Part shown: piece by piece, positions 33,953 to 45,505 of the stretch
Layout of the letters: every line of letters starts with the position of its first letter
Numbering within the stretch: position 1 is the first letter of the stretch
Assembly (NCBI GenBank): GCA_963825865.1
Contig: CAWGVG010000060.1
Coordinates: 160,001 to 224,000 of the forward strand
DNA: 64,000 bases
Direction of reading: 5' to 3'
Origin: an uncultured Nitrososphaeraceae archaeon
GTDB taxonomy: Archaea > Thermoproteota > Nitrososphaeria > Nitrososphaerales > Nitrososphaeraceae
Program-made: the position numbers and the translations under genes
The notes under the pieces: generated by a model
Told to the model about the DNA's origin: nothing
The model's database searches: none
What the model saw: the letters and a program-made list of their open reading frames with translations, nothing else

Positions 33953-34302
33953 CTACCACTCCTTCTCCCACAAACATAATATACCACCAAATACTCTTTT
34001 TTGAAACAATAAGTATAGCAATTACAATACGTTTAATGCAGTAGCCTATCTAATCATCAACGAATCCAAACCGATACTTCAAATTTTCAAGGATATTTGT
34101 ATTGTGAGGCCGCAGCACTTGACTGAAGTATAATCCTTGAACCATCTTTTCGATTCTTCCGATAAGACGTATATTAAGTCTCAGATACAAGATTATAAGA
34201 GTAATTGTGATTACAATACGAAAAGAATACGAAGGAAGGGCTAGGAAAAATAGAGATGATACATAGGATCGAGGATTAGACGATCTACATATAAAGAAGC
34301 CA

Positions 34303-34593
34303 ATGAACAATAGATTAGACATGTCACAGGATTCTACTCAAAAGATACCACAAGAGGCAACAAAACTCCAGAAGTTAGCAAAAGTTACTGCCAGATATAT
34401 GGAAATGGAGGAATTCAAAGACTCTGATCATCATACTGGATATTTCTGTTATAATTGCATATACTTTATGAAACCTAAGCATTGTGCTATTGTTACAGAT
34501 GAAGGACCAGATATATATGGTAAAAAATCTAGTGAAATAGCACCTCATGGAATATGTGCATTATGGGAACCAAATAAAGAGGAAATGCGCTAG
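34303..34593 (+). CDS. HiPIP-like high-potential iron-sulfur protein
   Basis: K..ARY...CYNCIYF....CAIV.....I.PHGICALW; probable start ATG 34321. Confidence 0.75.
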   Translation: MNNRLDMSQDSTQKIPQEATKLQKLAKVTARYMEMEEFKDSDHHTGYFCYNCIYFMKPKHCAIVTDEGPDIYGKKSSEIAPHGICALWEPNKEEMR

Positions 34594-35227
34594 AAAACAA
34601 ACATAACCTGTGATGCCGCCTTGATCCAGAATATGATGTTAAAATATAATAACAACTATAATTGCCGCCAGAGCATTAAAAATTAAACTCTTAAGATATT
34701 AAGCAAAACACTGACAATGGCGAAAATATTTTTATCCTAGCTGTTAGAATTCTAACAGGGTTTACAACAAATATCAGGATTCGTTATTAATTCTGCTAGG
34801 CGTCAAATTCTTTACACATATACTAAACACAAAGAAATTGTCAAACTCTGCTGAAACTCTTATTCCGATAATTATAGCTTTCATAACACCGTATGATCGT
34901 CTTCTGACAACACAAAGAAAAAGAAAAATAAGAAATTGTTTTGGATTTCGTCATTTTCGTTTTTTGAAAAAATGACTAAGCAATATGCTATAGTTCCAAA
35001 CGGGAGTTAAAATGCTTAAACTTAAATCAACTGTCAATTATCATATCTTCCTTTCGTCTCTTCCATTCCCACGTGTGTGCCAATTAGACAACAATATAAT
35101 AGCTAATATCTAACTTTGCTTTGATAATGGAAGAAAAACGTCATAATTGTCTGGATTAGATAATAGAAAAACAAGTTGATATATCTATTATAAGTGTGTA
35201 TACATAGTAAAGTGAAATAGTAGAGAT

Positions 35228-36502
35228 ATGCAGTCTCAAGAAACAGATGAGTCTTGGTCATTTAAGGAATTAGGAAGGGCTCAAACTTCATACCTCACTC
35301 ATGATTATCATAAATATCCTGCTAAGTTCATCCCTCAATTAGCAGAAAGGCTGATCAAAGATAACAGTCAGCCTGCAGATCTTATTTGTGATCCCTTTAT
35401 GGGTTCTGGGACTACAATGGTCGAAGCTATTTTAAACAGCAGACGGTCATATGGGACTGACATAAATCCTGTATCAGTATTGATTACCAAGGCCAAGACA
35501 ACCCCTATTGAACCAGGTTTTTTGAACTCTCAAATATCATCATTGCTCAGGCGAATTAAGGCAGATATTGAAACTAAAGATGGACAGGTGTTTCTTCTTA
35601 AAGCACAGGATTTTGAGGTCAGAGTACTTGATAATAAAAGAATAGACTACTGGTTTCCAGAAAAACAGAAAATAGATCTGGCAGTTATATTGTCCAGGGT
35701 TAATTCTATATACGATCATGAGGTCAGAACCTTCTTACTTTGTGCATTTTCTAACATTTTGAAAGGATGTTCAAGATGGATGATGAAATCTGTCAAGCCG
35801 ACTATAGACAAGCACAAAGTAATAGCAGATGCATACAAGAATTTCGTCCTTCAAACCAAAAGAATGGTATTAAAAAACGAAGATTTTTGGAAGAGGATCG
35901 GCAGAAATGAAGTTGATTGTACTATAGACAATAAAGACGCTCGCAAAATGAAAGTTCAAAATGAATCTACCACATTGGTCATTACTAGTCCTCCATATGT
36001 TACTTCGTATGAATATGCAGATCTGCATCAACTCACTGCTATTTGGCTAGGATATACAAATAAGTTATCAGATTTTAGAAGAAAATTCATAGGCGCGATA
36101 CAGAAAAATAATGTTCACGTTAAACTACATAGTAAACAAGGAAGGGAAATAGTAGATGAACTTTGGCCAGTTAACTTTAGAGACGCCAAAGCAGTCGAAC
36201 AATACTTCTTTGAAATGCAGGAATGTTTCGAAGAAATGTATAGAATTGTTAAACGAGGAGGACGGATATGCATAGTTATTGGAAATACAGAGTTGCGAAG
36301 AATTAGCATTCAGAATACAAATGTTTTTGTTGAGACAATGGAGGAGATAGGATTAAAAACTCATAAAATTATCAAACGACCAGTTCCAAGTAAGATTCTT
36401 CCTTTAACCAGAGATGAAAGGACGGGCCGATTTTCTGCAACTGTAGCAGCAGATAGGTTGTCTTACCCAATCGAATACATCCTCATTATGGAAAAAGTCT
36501 GA
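35228..36502 (+). CDS. Orphan amino-DNA methyltransferase (probably N4-cytosine, alpha motif order)
   Basis: HKYPAKF.P, DPFMGSGTT (motif I) preceding TSPPY (motif IV). Confidence 0.9.
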   Translation: MQSQETDESWSFKELGRAQTSYLTHDYHKYPAKFIPQLAERLIKDNSQPADLICDPFMGSGTTMVEAILNSRRSYGTDINPVSVLITKAKTTPIEPGFLNSQISSLLRRIKADIETKDGQVFLLKAQDFEVRVLDNKRIDYWFPEKQKIDLAVILSRVNSIYDHEVRTFLLCAFSNILKGCSRWMMKSVKPTIDKHKVIADAYKNFVLQTKRMVLKNEDFWKRIGRNEVDCTIDNKDARKMKVQNESTTLVITSPPYVTSYEYADLHQLTAIWLGYTNKLSDFRRKFIGAIQKNNVHVKLHSKQGREIVDELWPVNFRDAKAVEQYFFEMQECFEEMYRIVKRGGRICIVIGNTELRRISIQNTNVFVETMEEIGLKTHKIIKRPVPSKILPLTRDERTGRFSATVAADRLSYPIEYILIMEKV

Positions 36503-36575
36503 GTTTTACCTCGAAAAATCAAACAGTGTTTAGGTTTACATTTTAACTGACGACGTCTTATGTATACTTTAAATG

Positions 36576-36893
36576 TTAGCTTGTTGTATCGAGACATTTG
36601 CATTCTTCAAGAACAGTTTCATAAGTTGTCAAAGGAACTATCTTTATTTCATTAAACTTTGACCATTCTGATTCAATCATAAACCTCTGTATTGAATGAG
36701 CACTTTGTGCATTTACTATCCATAGAAATGTGTGTTCCAATCCAGAATGATAACGATTAAGTATGTTTGCATTGTTTCTATCGGCAATTTTGTCGAGATG
36801 TTCATCCATTTTTATGACGAGCCTTCTATTCTCTGCATTGTTTAGTGGGCAGCTTTCCACAGAATGTTTTCCGAATATGCCATACATAGCCAT
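36576..36893 (-). CDS. Small conserved ferredoxin-fold-like hypothetical protein
   Basis: H..ESCP...EH.FLW.V.A...IVPL pattern. Confidence 0.65.
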   Translation of the reverse strand: MAMYGIFGKHSVESCPLNNAENRRLVIKMDEHLDKIADRNNANILNRYHSGLEHTFLWIVNAQSAHSIQRFMIESEWSKFNEIKIVPLTTYETVLEECKCLDTTS

Positions 36894-37478
36894 GCGTATA
36901 TGTAATTATTCTGTATAGATGCTATTAATAACAATTTGTTGATTCACATGTATGTCTACATTAATTACCAACTTAACATTTCAGTCAGAAACAAGAATGA
37001 AGTTAAAAATGATGAAAAGATAATATTTGATATCTTGTTGTTTATCAAATCCTCTTTTATGCTTTGCTTGCAAACAGCAGTTGATCAATTGTGACAGCAC
37101 CTATTATTCAGCATCTGCTTGTAAGAAGCCAAATTGTGAACCAAAGAGAATTATATCAATTTCCTAAGCGCGTATATGTTGAGGTAAAAATAGCAGTACT
37201 TTTGCAGGAAATTTGGAATTTCTTAAAGTGAATCAAGGTGGGTGCTACATAGGTCCAGCCACCTTTTTACGGAAACAACCCGCTGCACGGTTTGTTAAAA
37301 AAATACAAAATACTCTACTTTTAATCTGAAAAAGCCTCCATAGCTCATCTTTTATTGTTTATAATATAATTATCTTCACACGATTACAGTAGCAGGGCGT
37401 GTACTGTAAATAGATAAATGTATATATATATCTACAGTATATATATTCGAAAATATATATTAACGAAGAAGAGATGGA

Positions 37479-37736
37479 TTATCTGTTATTTCTGTGCAAT
37501 GATATTCTATATACATACTTATTATTGTCTGGATTTTTGCCATACATTCCCCATATTTCTTCTAACTGTTCACCACTTATTTTTATAAAAAAACTATCAT
37601 ATTTTTTAGTCTCTTTAAACCGTTCTTTGATGTGATCTACCAAGTATTCATTACTAACAAATCGTAAATAGTCAGGAAGCTCATTTGTCTTTTTAATAAT
37701 ATCGCTAAGCTCTACGCTCTTCATACTTCTGGTCAC
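37479..37736 (-). CDS. Hypothetical protein
   Basis: 85-aa ORF with EEIWGMYG. Confidence 0.55.
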   Translation of the reverse strand: MTRSMKSVELSDIIKKTNELPDYLRFVSNEYLVDHIKERFKETKKYDSFFIKISGEQLEEIWGMYGKNPDNNKYVYRISLHRNNR

Positions 37737-38054
37737 CGACTTTCTAATGCCTTTTTATTAAATAAAACAACCGGTGTCAAATCTTTATGACACAGTTCAT
37801 ATGTTATATTTATTTTCTTTAGACCATCACTTAAAATGCATACACAGCAAATGTAAAAGGTCTTGCTGGCGGAGTATGTAAGGAAACTGGATCTTCACAT
37901 CTGTCATTATCAGCAAATAATTATCAGATGATCATTATACGTGTTGGTGAAAGTTACGATTCAGCGTGCTAAAATATGTAGATAAAAATTTAGAAATCAC
38001 TCCAGCTTTACCGGTAATAGACGTGCAAAAAATGGCTTTGCCATCAAGGACACT

Positions 38055-38249
38055 TTGGTAATTGAAATCTCAAAATATATACAAGGGGTTAGTAGCGTTT
38101 GCCATTTGATCGATATCTGTAGAAAGTCAGAAATTCCAATCTTTTTTATACATACCATACGCGAATCTTCTGGAATAGAATTTTTAGCAAGTTCCACAAA
38201 ATTCTGCCAAGGTTCAGAGGAGGATAGTGAGGAGTACCATAACCATTAG
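38055..38249 (+). pseudogene. Isochorismatase/cysteine hydrolase fragment
   Basis: LIDICRKSEIPIFF....RE.SGI resembles an internal isochorismatase segment; catalytic parts absent. Confidence 0.45.
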
Positions 38250-38337
38250 AGGCTAAAGGGGATGATGTAAAAACAGAAAGTAGAGAAGAAAGATTCATAC
38301 AGATTATTTGTTACAAATAGATGGAACATTCATATTA

Positions 38338-39624
38338 TTATTTATTATCTATGTCTTTTGATTTAGAAGTACTTGCAGCTAACGGTGCTCTGCCATTTAT
38401 TATTATGCATCTGTATAACCAAGCATGCTGCTCTGCAACTATATCCCACTTCAGTTTTTCCTTAAAGCTAATGACTCTTTGCAAGTACTCTTCATAGTAC
38501 TTATCAAGAGCTCTCAGAGCGTTGGCAAATGCAGGAGGATTTCGTTTAACAGTTATACCTAATCCTTTTGAAGAAAATTCTTTAAAAAAGCCTAAGTCAG
38601 TTGCAACAAATGGTAATCCATGGGCAAGGCCATCAAACATCACCCCGGAACCCGCACTTACTTTATACGGAAGTATTAGTGCATCAGCTGCATACAGTAA
38701 AAGAGATAACTCTTCATCACTAAGGAAACCCTTTTGCAAACAGACTATATTGCCAGTTTTCTTTTCCAACCTTAGAATAATCTTTTCGTCGTCCAAGCCA
38801 TACTCATTTTTTGAAGAGTTTATTATGATATTCCATCCATCAGGAATTTGCATATTTTCTAGAATGTCCCAACCCTTAACTGCAGTTCTAAAACCAACGG
38901 CAAGTGCAATTCGCCCATCTTTCGGGAGAGAAAATTTTGTTCTTGCTGCTTGCTTTGTTGCAACATTTGGTATAGCTGGTTCAGCACCATGATAAATTAG
39001 TTCACCACCGCCAACCATTTTTGCCATATAGTGAGAAAAAACTATGCCTGCTTGACTCTGCTTTAATTTCAGTTTATCTAATTTACGAAGAGAGCTGTAA
39101 TTCAATATATACTTCCAATATTCAATAACAGTACCTAATTTTCCGGTTTGACTGGCTGACTTGACCGCTTTTACTCTGCTAACCCATTGCTTAAAATTAT
39201 AAGTAGAATGAAATGTTGTAACTATCGGTGTCTTGCACCGTTCGTAAAATGAATCAATATTCGTACTGATCCTTCTTGGATTGATAGGATCCAATTTCAA
39301 TCCATAAGATCCGTGTTCATATTGCACATGTACGATATCTGGATGTGATTTATCTACTATTTTTAATAAGGTATCTGAATTGTGCACATTTGTCGGTGAA
39401 AGCCCAAAGAATTGTCCATGGCCCTTTTTATTACACGCTACGTATACTTCACAACCTAACTTCATCAGATTTTTGGTCAAGTTATATGTATAACGTCCTA
39501 TACCTCCTTTTATCGGCGGATACTCTACTGAGACCATCAAGATACGCATTGTTTTTGCTTTTGTCCCGATCAAGTCCTTTGCTCCCGTTGCAACGTAGCC
39601 ATCGATCTCAAGGCTCTTAACCAA
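38338..39624 (-). CDS. Glycosyltransferase family 4
   Basis: EYPP..GGIGRYT, TFH, ADALILPY..SGV...G.PFVATD. Confidence 0.9.
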   Translation of the reverse strand: MVKSLEIDGYVATGAKDLIGTKAKTMRILMVSVEYPPIKGGIGRYTYNLTKNLMKLGCEVYVACNKKGHGQFFGLSPTNVHNSDTLLKIVDKSHPDIVHVQYEHGSYGLKLDPINPRRISTNIDSFYERCKTPIVTTFHSTYNFKQWVSRVKAVKSASQTGKLGTVIEYWKYILNYSSLRKLDKLKLKQSQAGIVFSHYMAKMVGGGELIYHGAEPAIPNVATKQAARTKFSLPKDGRIALAVGFRTAVKGWDILENMQIPDGWNIIINSSKNEYGLDDEKIILRLEKKTGNIVCLQKGFLSDEELSLLLYAADALILPYKVSAGSGVMFDGLAHGLPFVATDLGFFKEFSSKGLGITVKRNPPAFANALRALDKYYEEYLQRVISFKEKLKWDIVAEQHAWLYRCIIINGRAPLAASTSKSKDIDNK

Positions 39625-39714
39625 GTGCGACTCAACATATATAGCGCTCTTAATTTTAGGTTATGGATTTCTTAAAAAATATCAAAAGATATAATGTCTG
39701 ACTCTGTCTATATA

Positions 39715-40971
39715 TTATCTTCTTCTATGGGATAATATCAATTCAGTGAGTATATGCTGGAAGCCTTTAATATAATGAGAGTTCGAAAACTTGTTCACAC
39801 TATTGCTTATCTGAACTCTTTCTGCATATTGTAAATGAAAAGCAGAGGATATAATTTCGGCAGCTTGTTCTAATGTCCTGTATTGATATTCCTTTGAAAC
39901 AAACTCGGTAGGACCGCCTATATCTGGAACTATGGGTATTAATCCCGCAGCCATAGCTTCCACTATAGACATACCAAACTGTTCTCCTCGCTGGATTGGA
40001 GCTTCTCCTCCTGTTGCTGGATGAAAGTATACTTTAGCTTCCTGCATAATGGAAAGCAGTTTATCTAAGCTCGCATTAACTTCAAATGTAATGTAATCAG
40101 CCAAATCTAGATCTCTAACCATTTGTTCTAGATAGGAGTAATACTTGAAATTATAATAGTAAAGACTTCCAACAATTTTCATTCCTCTGCCTGTATTCCT
40201 ATCCTTTAATATTTTTGCGAGCTTGATTGCATTTTGAATTTCCTTGGAAGGATCAATTCTGGATACTATAAGAATAATATCATTTTTTATGTTATCATCT
40301 GATCCCAATAGGGCATTACGAAAAGTACTAATATCTACTGGCGGGCTTAGGATGTAAACATTGTCTATTCCAAATGCATCAATTATTGCTCTGCGACTAA
40401 ATTCAGAATTGGTAACAACAGTTGAATTTCTCATCAAATTCCAATATGCATTTTTTAATATTCTGAAGCATTCTTTTTCTCTATTAAATGGAGTGTAGGT
40501 ATCGTTCAAATATTCTGAATTACTATTATTAGTTTTATCGCTATTATTCGCAGAAGTATTTGACGTCATTCCAATGTTAAGATCTCTTTGAAGATAACCT
40601 CTATTTTCAGATTCTATATAGCATTTTGCAGTAGGAAAATGGCAATATGTAATGGCATTATCCTTAGAAAAAAATGAATCATAAAGAGGAACCTTATCGC
40701 CCTGTGTATTTATTGTAATATCATAATTATCAGTGCATTGTGGTTCTCGAAGTTCTTCCAATATATTTACAATCTTTACTTTCTTTATGTTTTTCATAAC
40801 TGAAGCAAGGTTTTTGCCAAAAGCATTTTCTAGTTTTGATAACTCAGGCCTTCTAAAAGTAGTAAGATCAAAATCGATCCCCATTCCTAATAGTGCTTGC
40901 ATAGTTACAAGTGATAATCGTTCTCCACCGCCACAAGGATTTAGATCTCCAAATACAATATTTGCTTTCAT
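39715..40971 (-). CDS. Glycosyltransferase family 4 (ALG11-like)
   Basis: N.CGGGER, YCHFP, NSEFS, E.FGMSIVEAMAAG. Confidence 0.9.
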   Translation of the reverse strand: MKANIVFGDLNPCGGGERLSLVTMQALLGMGIDFDLTTFRRPELSKLENAFGKNLASVMKNIKKVKIVNILEELREPQCTDNYDITINTQGDKVPLYDSFFSKDNAITYCHFPTAKCYIESENRGYLQRDLNIGMTSNTSANNSDKTNNSNSEYLNDTYTPFNREKECFRILKNAYWNLMRNSTVVTNSEFSRRAIIDAFGIDNVYILSPPVDISTFRNALLGSDDNIKNDIILIVSRIDPSKEIQNAIKLAKILKDRNTGRGMKIVGSLYYYNFKYYSYLEQMVRDLDLADYITFEVNASLDKLLSIMQEAKVYFHPATGGEAPIQRGEQFGMSIVEAMAAGLIPIVPDIGGPTEFVSKEYQYRTLEQAAEIISSAFHLQYAERVQISNSVNKFSNSHYIKGFQHILTELILSHRRR

Positions 40972-41422
40972 TATATATCAGATATCAATATATATAATGC
41001 CAACTTATAGCAGTTTTACTTACTGCAACCTGATTAATGGGATAATCTTGGTAGCATTAGCCTAATTTGACCAGCACATTTGTAAGTTTGTTCGCTGCAA
41101 TCTGCAAAAAAAATTTTAACTTTATGTTTACATTTGATAGTACATAATACAGATATTTATAAAAAATATAATATTACTAATATAATTGATCCTTTGTATT
41201 TATATTACTCATTAAAAATAGAGCAAACTATCTGCACTAAACATGGGAGTAGTTAGTCACCATTACCATTTTATGAAGTCTATTGGCAATATCCGAATCT
41301 GGGCGCCCGCACATACACAATCTAGCCAGCTATTGTTAACTACAAAATGAACAAAAAGCCCCATATTATAAATTTTCCAAAGCAAACTGCTATTAGATTT
41401 ATAGCGCCTATGTATCACTACA

Positions 41423-42654
41423 TTGAAGAATTCAAAAGTATCTCATACAATAATAGCCGCGGTAACATTGGTATTCATCGCATCGAGTACGTTAACGGCT
41501 CAACATCTATCCATGGCATTACAAAATACTACAGAAGTAGTAGAATCTTCTGGCACAGGTACATTAATTGCTCCCGCTTCTTCGTCGCTCAATAATATAT
41601 TCAAACAAGTCGAAAATGCTACTGTACAGGTAACGAGTAAGGTTCCAACACCGTCTAACCCACAGAATCCACAAGCACCAAATGCTACTACTGCATTAGG
41701 TTCTGGTTTTGTCTATGATAAGCTAGGACGGATAATCACTAATAATCATGTCGTAGGCGATGCCAAAATAGTGGATGTAACATTTGTAGATGGTAATAGA
41801 TATACTGCAAAAGTGATAGGGAATGACATCTATAGCGATATAGCAGTATTGCAAATTATTGAGAATATTACTCAGCCTTTCAACCCTCTTGTAATTGGAA
41901 ACTCTTCTGATCTCTGAAGTAGGAGACCCCGTAATTGCTGTCGGTAATCCATTTGGACTTAGTGGGACCATAACAACAGGGATTGTGAGCGGAATAGGGC
42001 GATTGCTTCCAGCTGCTGCAGGGCTTGGTTTTTCTATACCAAATGCCATTCAGACAGATGTTTCAATTAATCCTGGTAGTTCTGGTGGACCTTTGCTAAA
42101 TATGCAAGGACAGGTCGTTGGAATAAATACTGCTATACTTTCATCTGGTACAGGTGGGTTCTCTGGAACAGCATTTGCAATTCCATCTACCACAGTAACA
42201 AAAATAGTCCCTACATTAATTGAAAAAGGAAACTATACCCACTCGTATATAGGGCTTGCAGGGGCTACTTTAACTTCAGATTTGGCAAAGACGATAGCTG
42301 GATTACCAAGTAATTTCAAAGGCATATATGTAGATTCAATTAAAAAAGATGGTCCTGCCGATAAAGCAGGGATACATGGCAGTACTGACTGATCAATACT
42401 CAAAGAAACATGGTGGCGATATAATAACAGCCATAGATGGACATACTATGACAAAAATAGACGATTTAATCTCATATATTGAAGAACATAAATCTGTTGG
42501 CAATAGTATGACATTTACTGTATATAGAAATGGACACACTCTAGATCTACAGACAACTCTGACGGCTAGACCATCTCCACTTCCATTTCTGACCATAATA
42601 TCATCCGCTCCTCCTATACAGCCACATCCTCCATCTCCACGGCCTCATCCATAA
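41423..42654 (+). CDS. HtrA/DegP-type serine protease with PDZ domain (two frameshifts)
   Basis: [36 protein letters not shown]. Confidence 0.9.
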
Positions 42655-42834
42655 CACTTTTTTTGTTAGATGCTAGTCACTCGTTCAAAATCTGAATTAA
42701 AAGATTATAGTCACGATCACTGGTTATTAGTTGTGTTAGGTTCTAAATCGTTAACATTATTTTTTGTTTGTTAATTCTAGCATCCACTTAGATTATCATT
42801 ATACAAAAAAAACAAAATATATTATATGAATTTT

Positions 42835-43392
42835 TTACTCTACTTTTACTTCTTTAGTCTTTGCTTTTGGATCGTGTTTTAACTTGATCTTAAGCTCCAA
42901 TATCCCGTTTGAGTAGGTTGCTTTTGCAGAAGTATCGTCCAGCTCAACATCAACTGGTATATTTGTATGATATTTCTTGTCCCCTTTCTCGGCATGTATT
43001 GTAACGTATCGGTCAGCCACGTTAACTTTAATATCCTCTTTGTTGATACCAGGCATCTCTGCAGTAATTCTCAATGTATTTTGTTTCTCGTCCAGGGTAG
43101 TATCTGCTAAGGGAGCTCTTACACCAGTTTGTTCTATCAAGCCTTTAGTTGATCGACGAACGTTGCCGAACTCTCTTACATGTGGTCTGCCATCAGGACC
43201 TATCGTTATTTGATAGCCATAATAATACGGAGAATTTGCTGCAACGTCAGCTGGAATTATTTCAGGTAATGTCCTGAACATTCTATTCAACGTCTCTTCT
43301 GCCTCTGCAAATTCCCTGTCCATGTCTCCAAAAATTCCACTTATGTTTCTTAAACCCCAAAATGGTTCTTTCACTTTGTTATCACCTAACAT
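42835..43392 (-). CDS. hsp20: Archaeal small heat shock protein
   Basis: YYGYQITIGPDGRP.VREFGNV, AEMPG, ATY.NGILE. Confidence 0.93.
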   Translation of the reverse strand: MLGDNKVKEPFWGLRNISGIFGDMDREFAEAEETLNRMFRTLPEIIPADVAANSPYYYGYQITIGPDGRPHVREFGNVRRSTKGLIEQTGVRAPLADTTLDEKQNTLRITAEMPGINKEDIKVNVADRYVTIHAEKGDKKYHTNIPVDVELDDTSAKATYSNGILELKIKLKHDPKAKTKEVKVE

Positions 43393-43589
43393 AATGTAAT
43401 AAATATTACATTATTTATACTTTTCTTAATTATCACAAAGAATTATTACAATTAAACAGTAGGCGAATACACGGCATTGATTCCTCAAGCCATAAAGACA
43501 GATTGTGTTATAGGAATTATTTACAAAGCGGATAATGGTATAGTATAGCAGTATAGCCGCTCAAATGCAGTATCGGTAATACAGCACAA

Positions 43590-43770
43590 CTAGTTGTGTA
43601 ATAGCAACAATTCCCGTCGGCATAATCCTAATGGAATAATATAGAAATACTAACAATGGAATAAATCGTTTTTCCAATAATGTGACTCAACCGATACCGT
43701 TTGGAACAAGCCGTAATGCGAAAGACAGCATCTAAGTGACAAATAGCGTCTAAAATATTGTTTCTGCAAT
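43590..43770 (+). pseudogene. YVTN beta-propeller repeat remnant
   Basis: VIATIPVG..PNG-like fragments with frameshifts. Confidence 0.4.
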
Positions 43771-43798
43771 CAGCGAGCTTATAGATGCACTTCAGTGC

Positions 43799-43963
43799 TC
43801 AGTGTATCATATTTTTATTCTTTTTTCTTTCTCCTCTTCCAGAATGAGCCTTTTTTTGATGTATATCTAATCTCTTTTCGTCCTGAAATGTCATAGTACA
43901 TTTTTTACATTTGATAACTGTATTACCAGTTATTTTTCTTTTTCTTTTGAACAATAAACTCAT
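43799..43963 (-). CDS. 54-aa basic C2H2 zinc-finger protein (not in ORF track)
   Basis: MSLLFKRK..KCKKCTMTFQDEKRLDIHQKKAHSGRG. Confidence 0.75.
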   Translation of the reverse strand: MSLLFKRKRKITGNTVIKCKKCTMTFQDEKRLDIHQKKAHSGRGERKKNKNMIH

Positions 43964-44618
43964 TTTGCAGTATAGATGTATAGAATGCCTTATTAAGATT
44001 GAGTAATGAAGTTATTTTATAATTATACTCCCTAAATATGAATTTAACGACATTAAACTTTGAGTGACTCTGTCCCTTTAGAAGTAAAGTAACTTTTAGC
44101 ATTCATAAAGACTATTAGGAACGATTACCCAGAACTCCTATAATCTCTTGCAGCATCAGTTTGAATCACATAGGGTTGAACAAAAAATGGATTACGTTTC
44201 ATTGCTTACTGTTCTGTGGATTGGGTCCGTATCTAGTGGGAAATATGACCTAGATTCATTATCACGAGTTTTCTATCGTGTCAATATTCAAGTGGATCTG
44301 ATCACATCATAATTACACGTTTTTGTATTTATCACTACCCACGTTACGTGAGGTGGTTTTTGGAAAGTTTTTTGAAACAAATTTGTACATCGTTTTGAGC
44401 CTTTTATACCCATCATTAAGTTTTTTTTACTTTATAAAACTTTTGACAAAAAATCGTTAAAACTTATCCTTATTGCGTTCATTAATGTATTTGTCTAGAG
44501 TCATAACATACGCCAGAAAATAATCTCTCTTTAACAATATATTATTATGTCACATACGGTGCGATGCATAGCATAAGGAATTTTTAGCTTATAATCTTAT
44601 ACACCATAACAAGTGAGC

Positions 44619-44846
44619 TTATTCAACTTCATTGAATGATTGACAATTCGGACACTGAAAGACTGCATCTGAGGCTATTTCACCTTGAGAAACATTTTCA
44701 ACAATAATGTTGTTACACCTACCACAAATATAATCTATATCACCTTTTCCCACCATAAATGGTTCAATCTTACTGCTATTCTTTCTGTATATGGGCCTTG
44801 TTCCTTCTTGAGGTTCTGGTATTAGCCTGCAATTAATTCGAGGCAA
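44619..44846 (-). CDS. Small zinc-ribbon protein
   Basis: CGRC...CPNC..FNE. Confidence 0.7.
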   Translation of the reverse strand: MPRINCRLIPEPQEGTRPIYRKNSSKIEPFMVGKGDIDYICGRCNNIIVENVSQGEIASDAVFQCPNCQSFNEVE

Positions 44847-45505
44847 ATTCTTCCTTCTCTTACTTTCAAGATAGTATCTATTTAAGGTTCTTTAGTGAAT
44901 TTCTATTGAAGCGCTAAAGGTCTTGTTGTTATTGTTCTTCTTCTTGTTCACGCACAACGACAGAATTTCAGGTAGGTCAATCAAGAATTCTAAGAATATT
45001 GAAAATTACTAGTGCATCTGGTAAATATATGAATAATAATTTTAGAGCAATAATGAATTTTGCAATCCTACTGACTCTTATACTACAGCTATGATTGGTT
45101 TTGTATTACATTAGTGTTACTAATGTTAGTTGTACCAAAAATTAGCGTTGCTTCCTTTTGCTGTCGATGCAACCGTACCAGCGATTACTAAAATAGACAT
45201 CGTGAACATGGAAAAACTTTGACAAAAAGCAGTAATCATTACAAAATTGCAATATGTATTATTATATATTGAGTATATGGATTTCAAAATTAGGATTATC
45301 TCCAATGCACTCAGATCCTGTCTAAGATGATTTTAGTTTGGTTATGCATTAGTATTACAATATCGTGGATGTCCATAGTGCTTGCCATTTTTGAGGTATT
45401 TATTTGAAAGAATAGCTCAGGATAAACAGGTAGAATCATACAAGGTGGAGATATTGTATATTATATATATAATTAGCCGATTAACTTACAGCTGATAAAT
45501 AAAAT

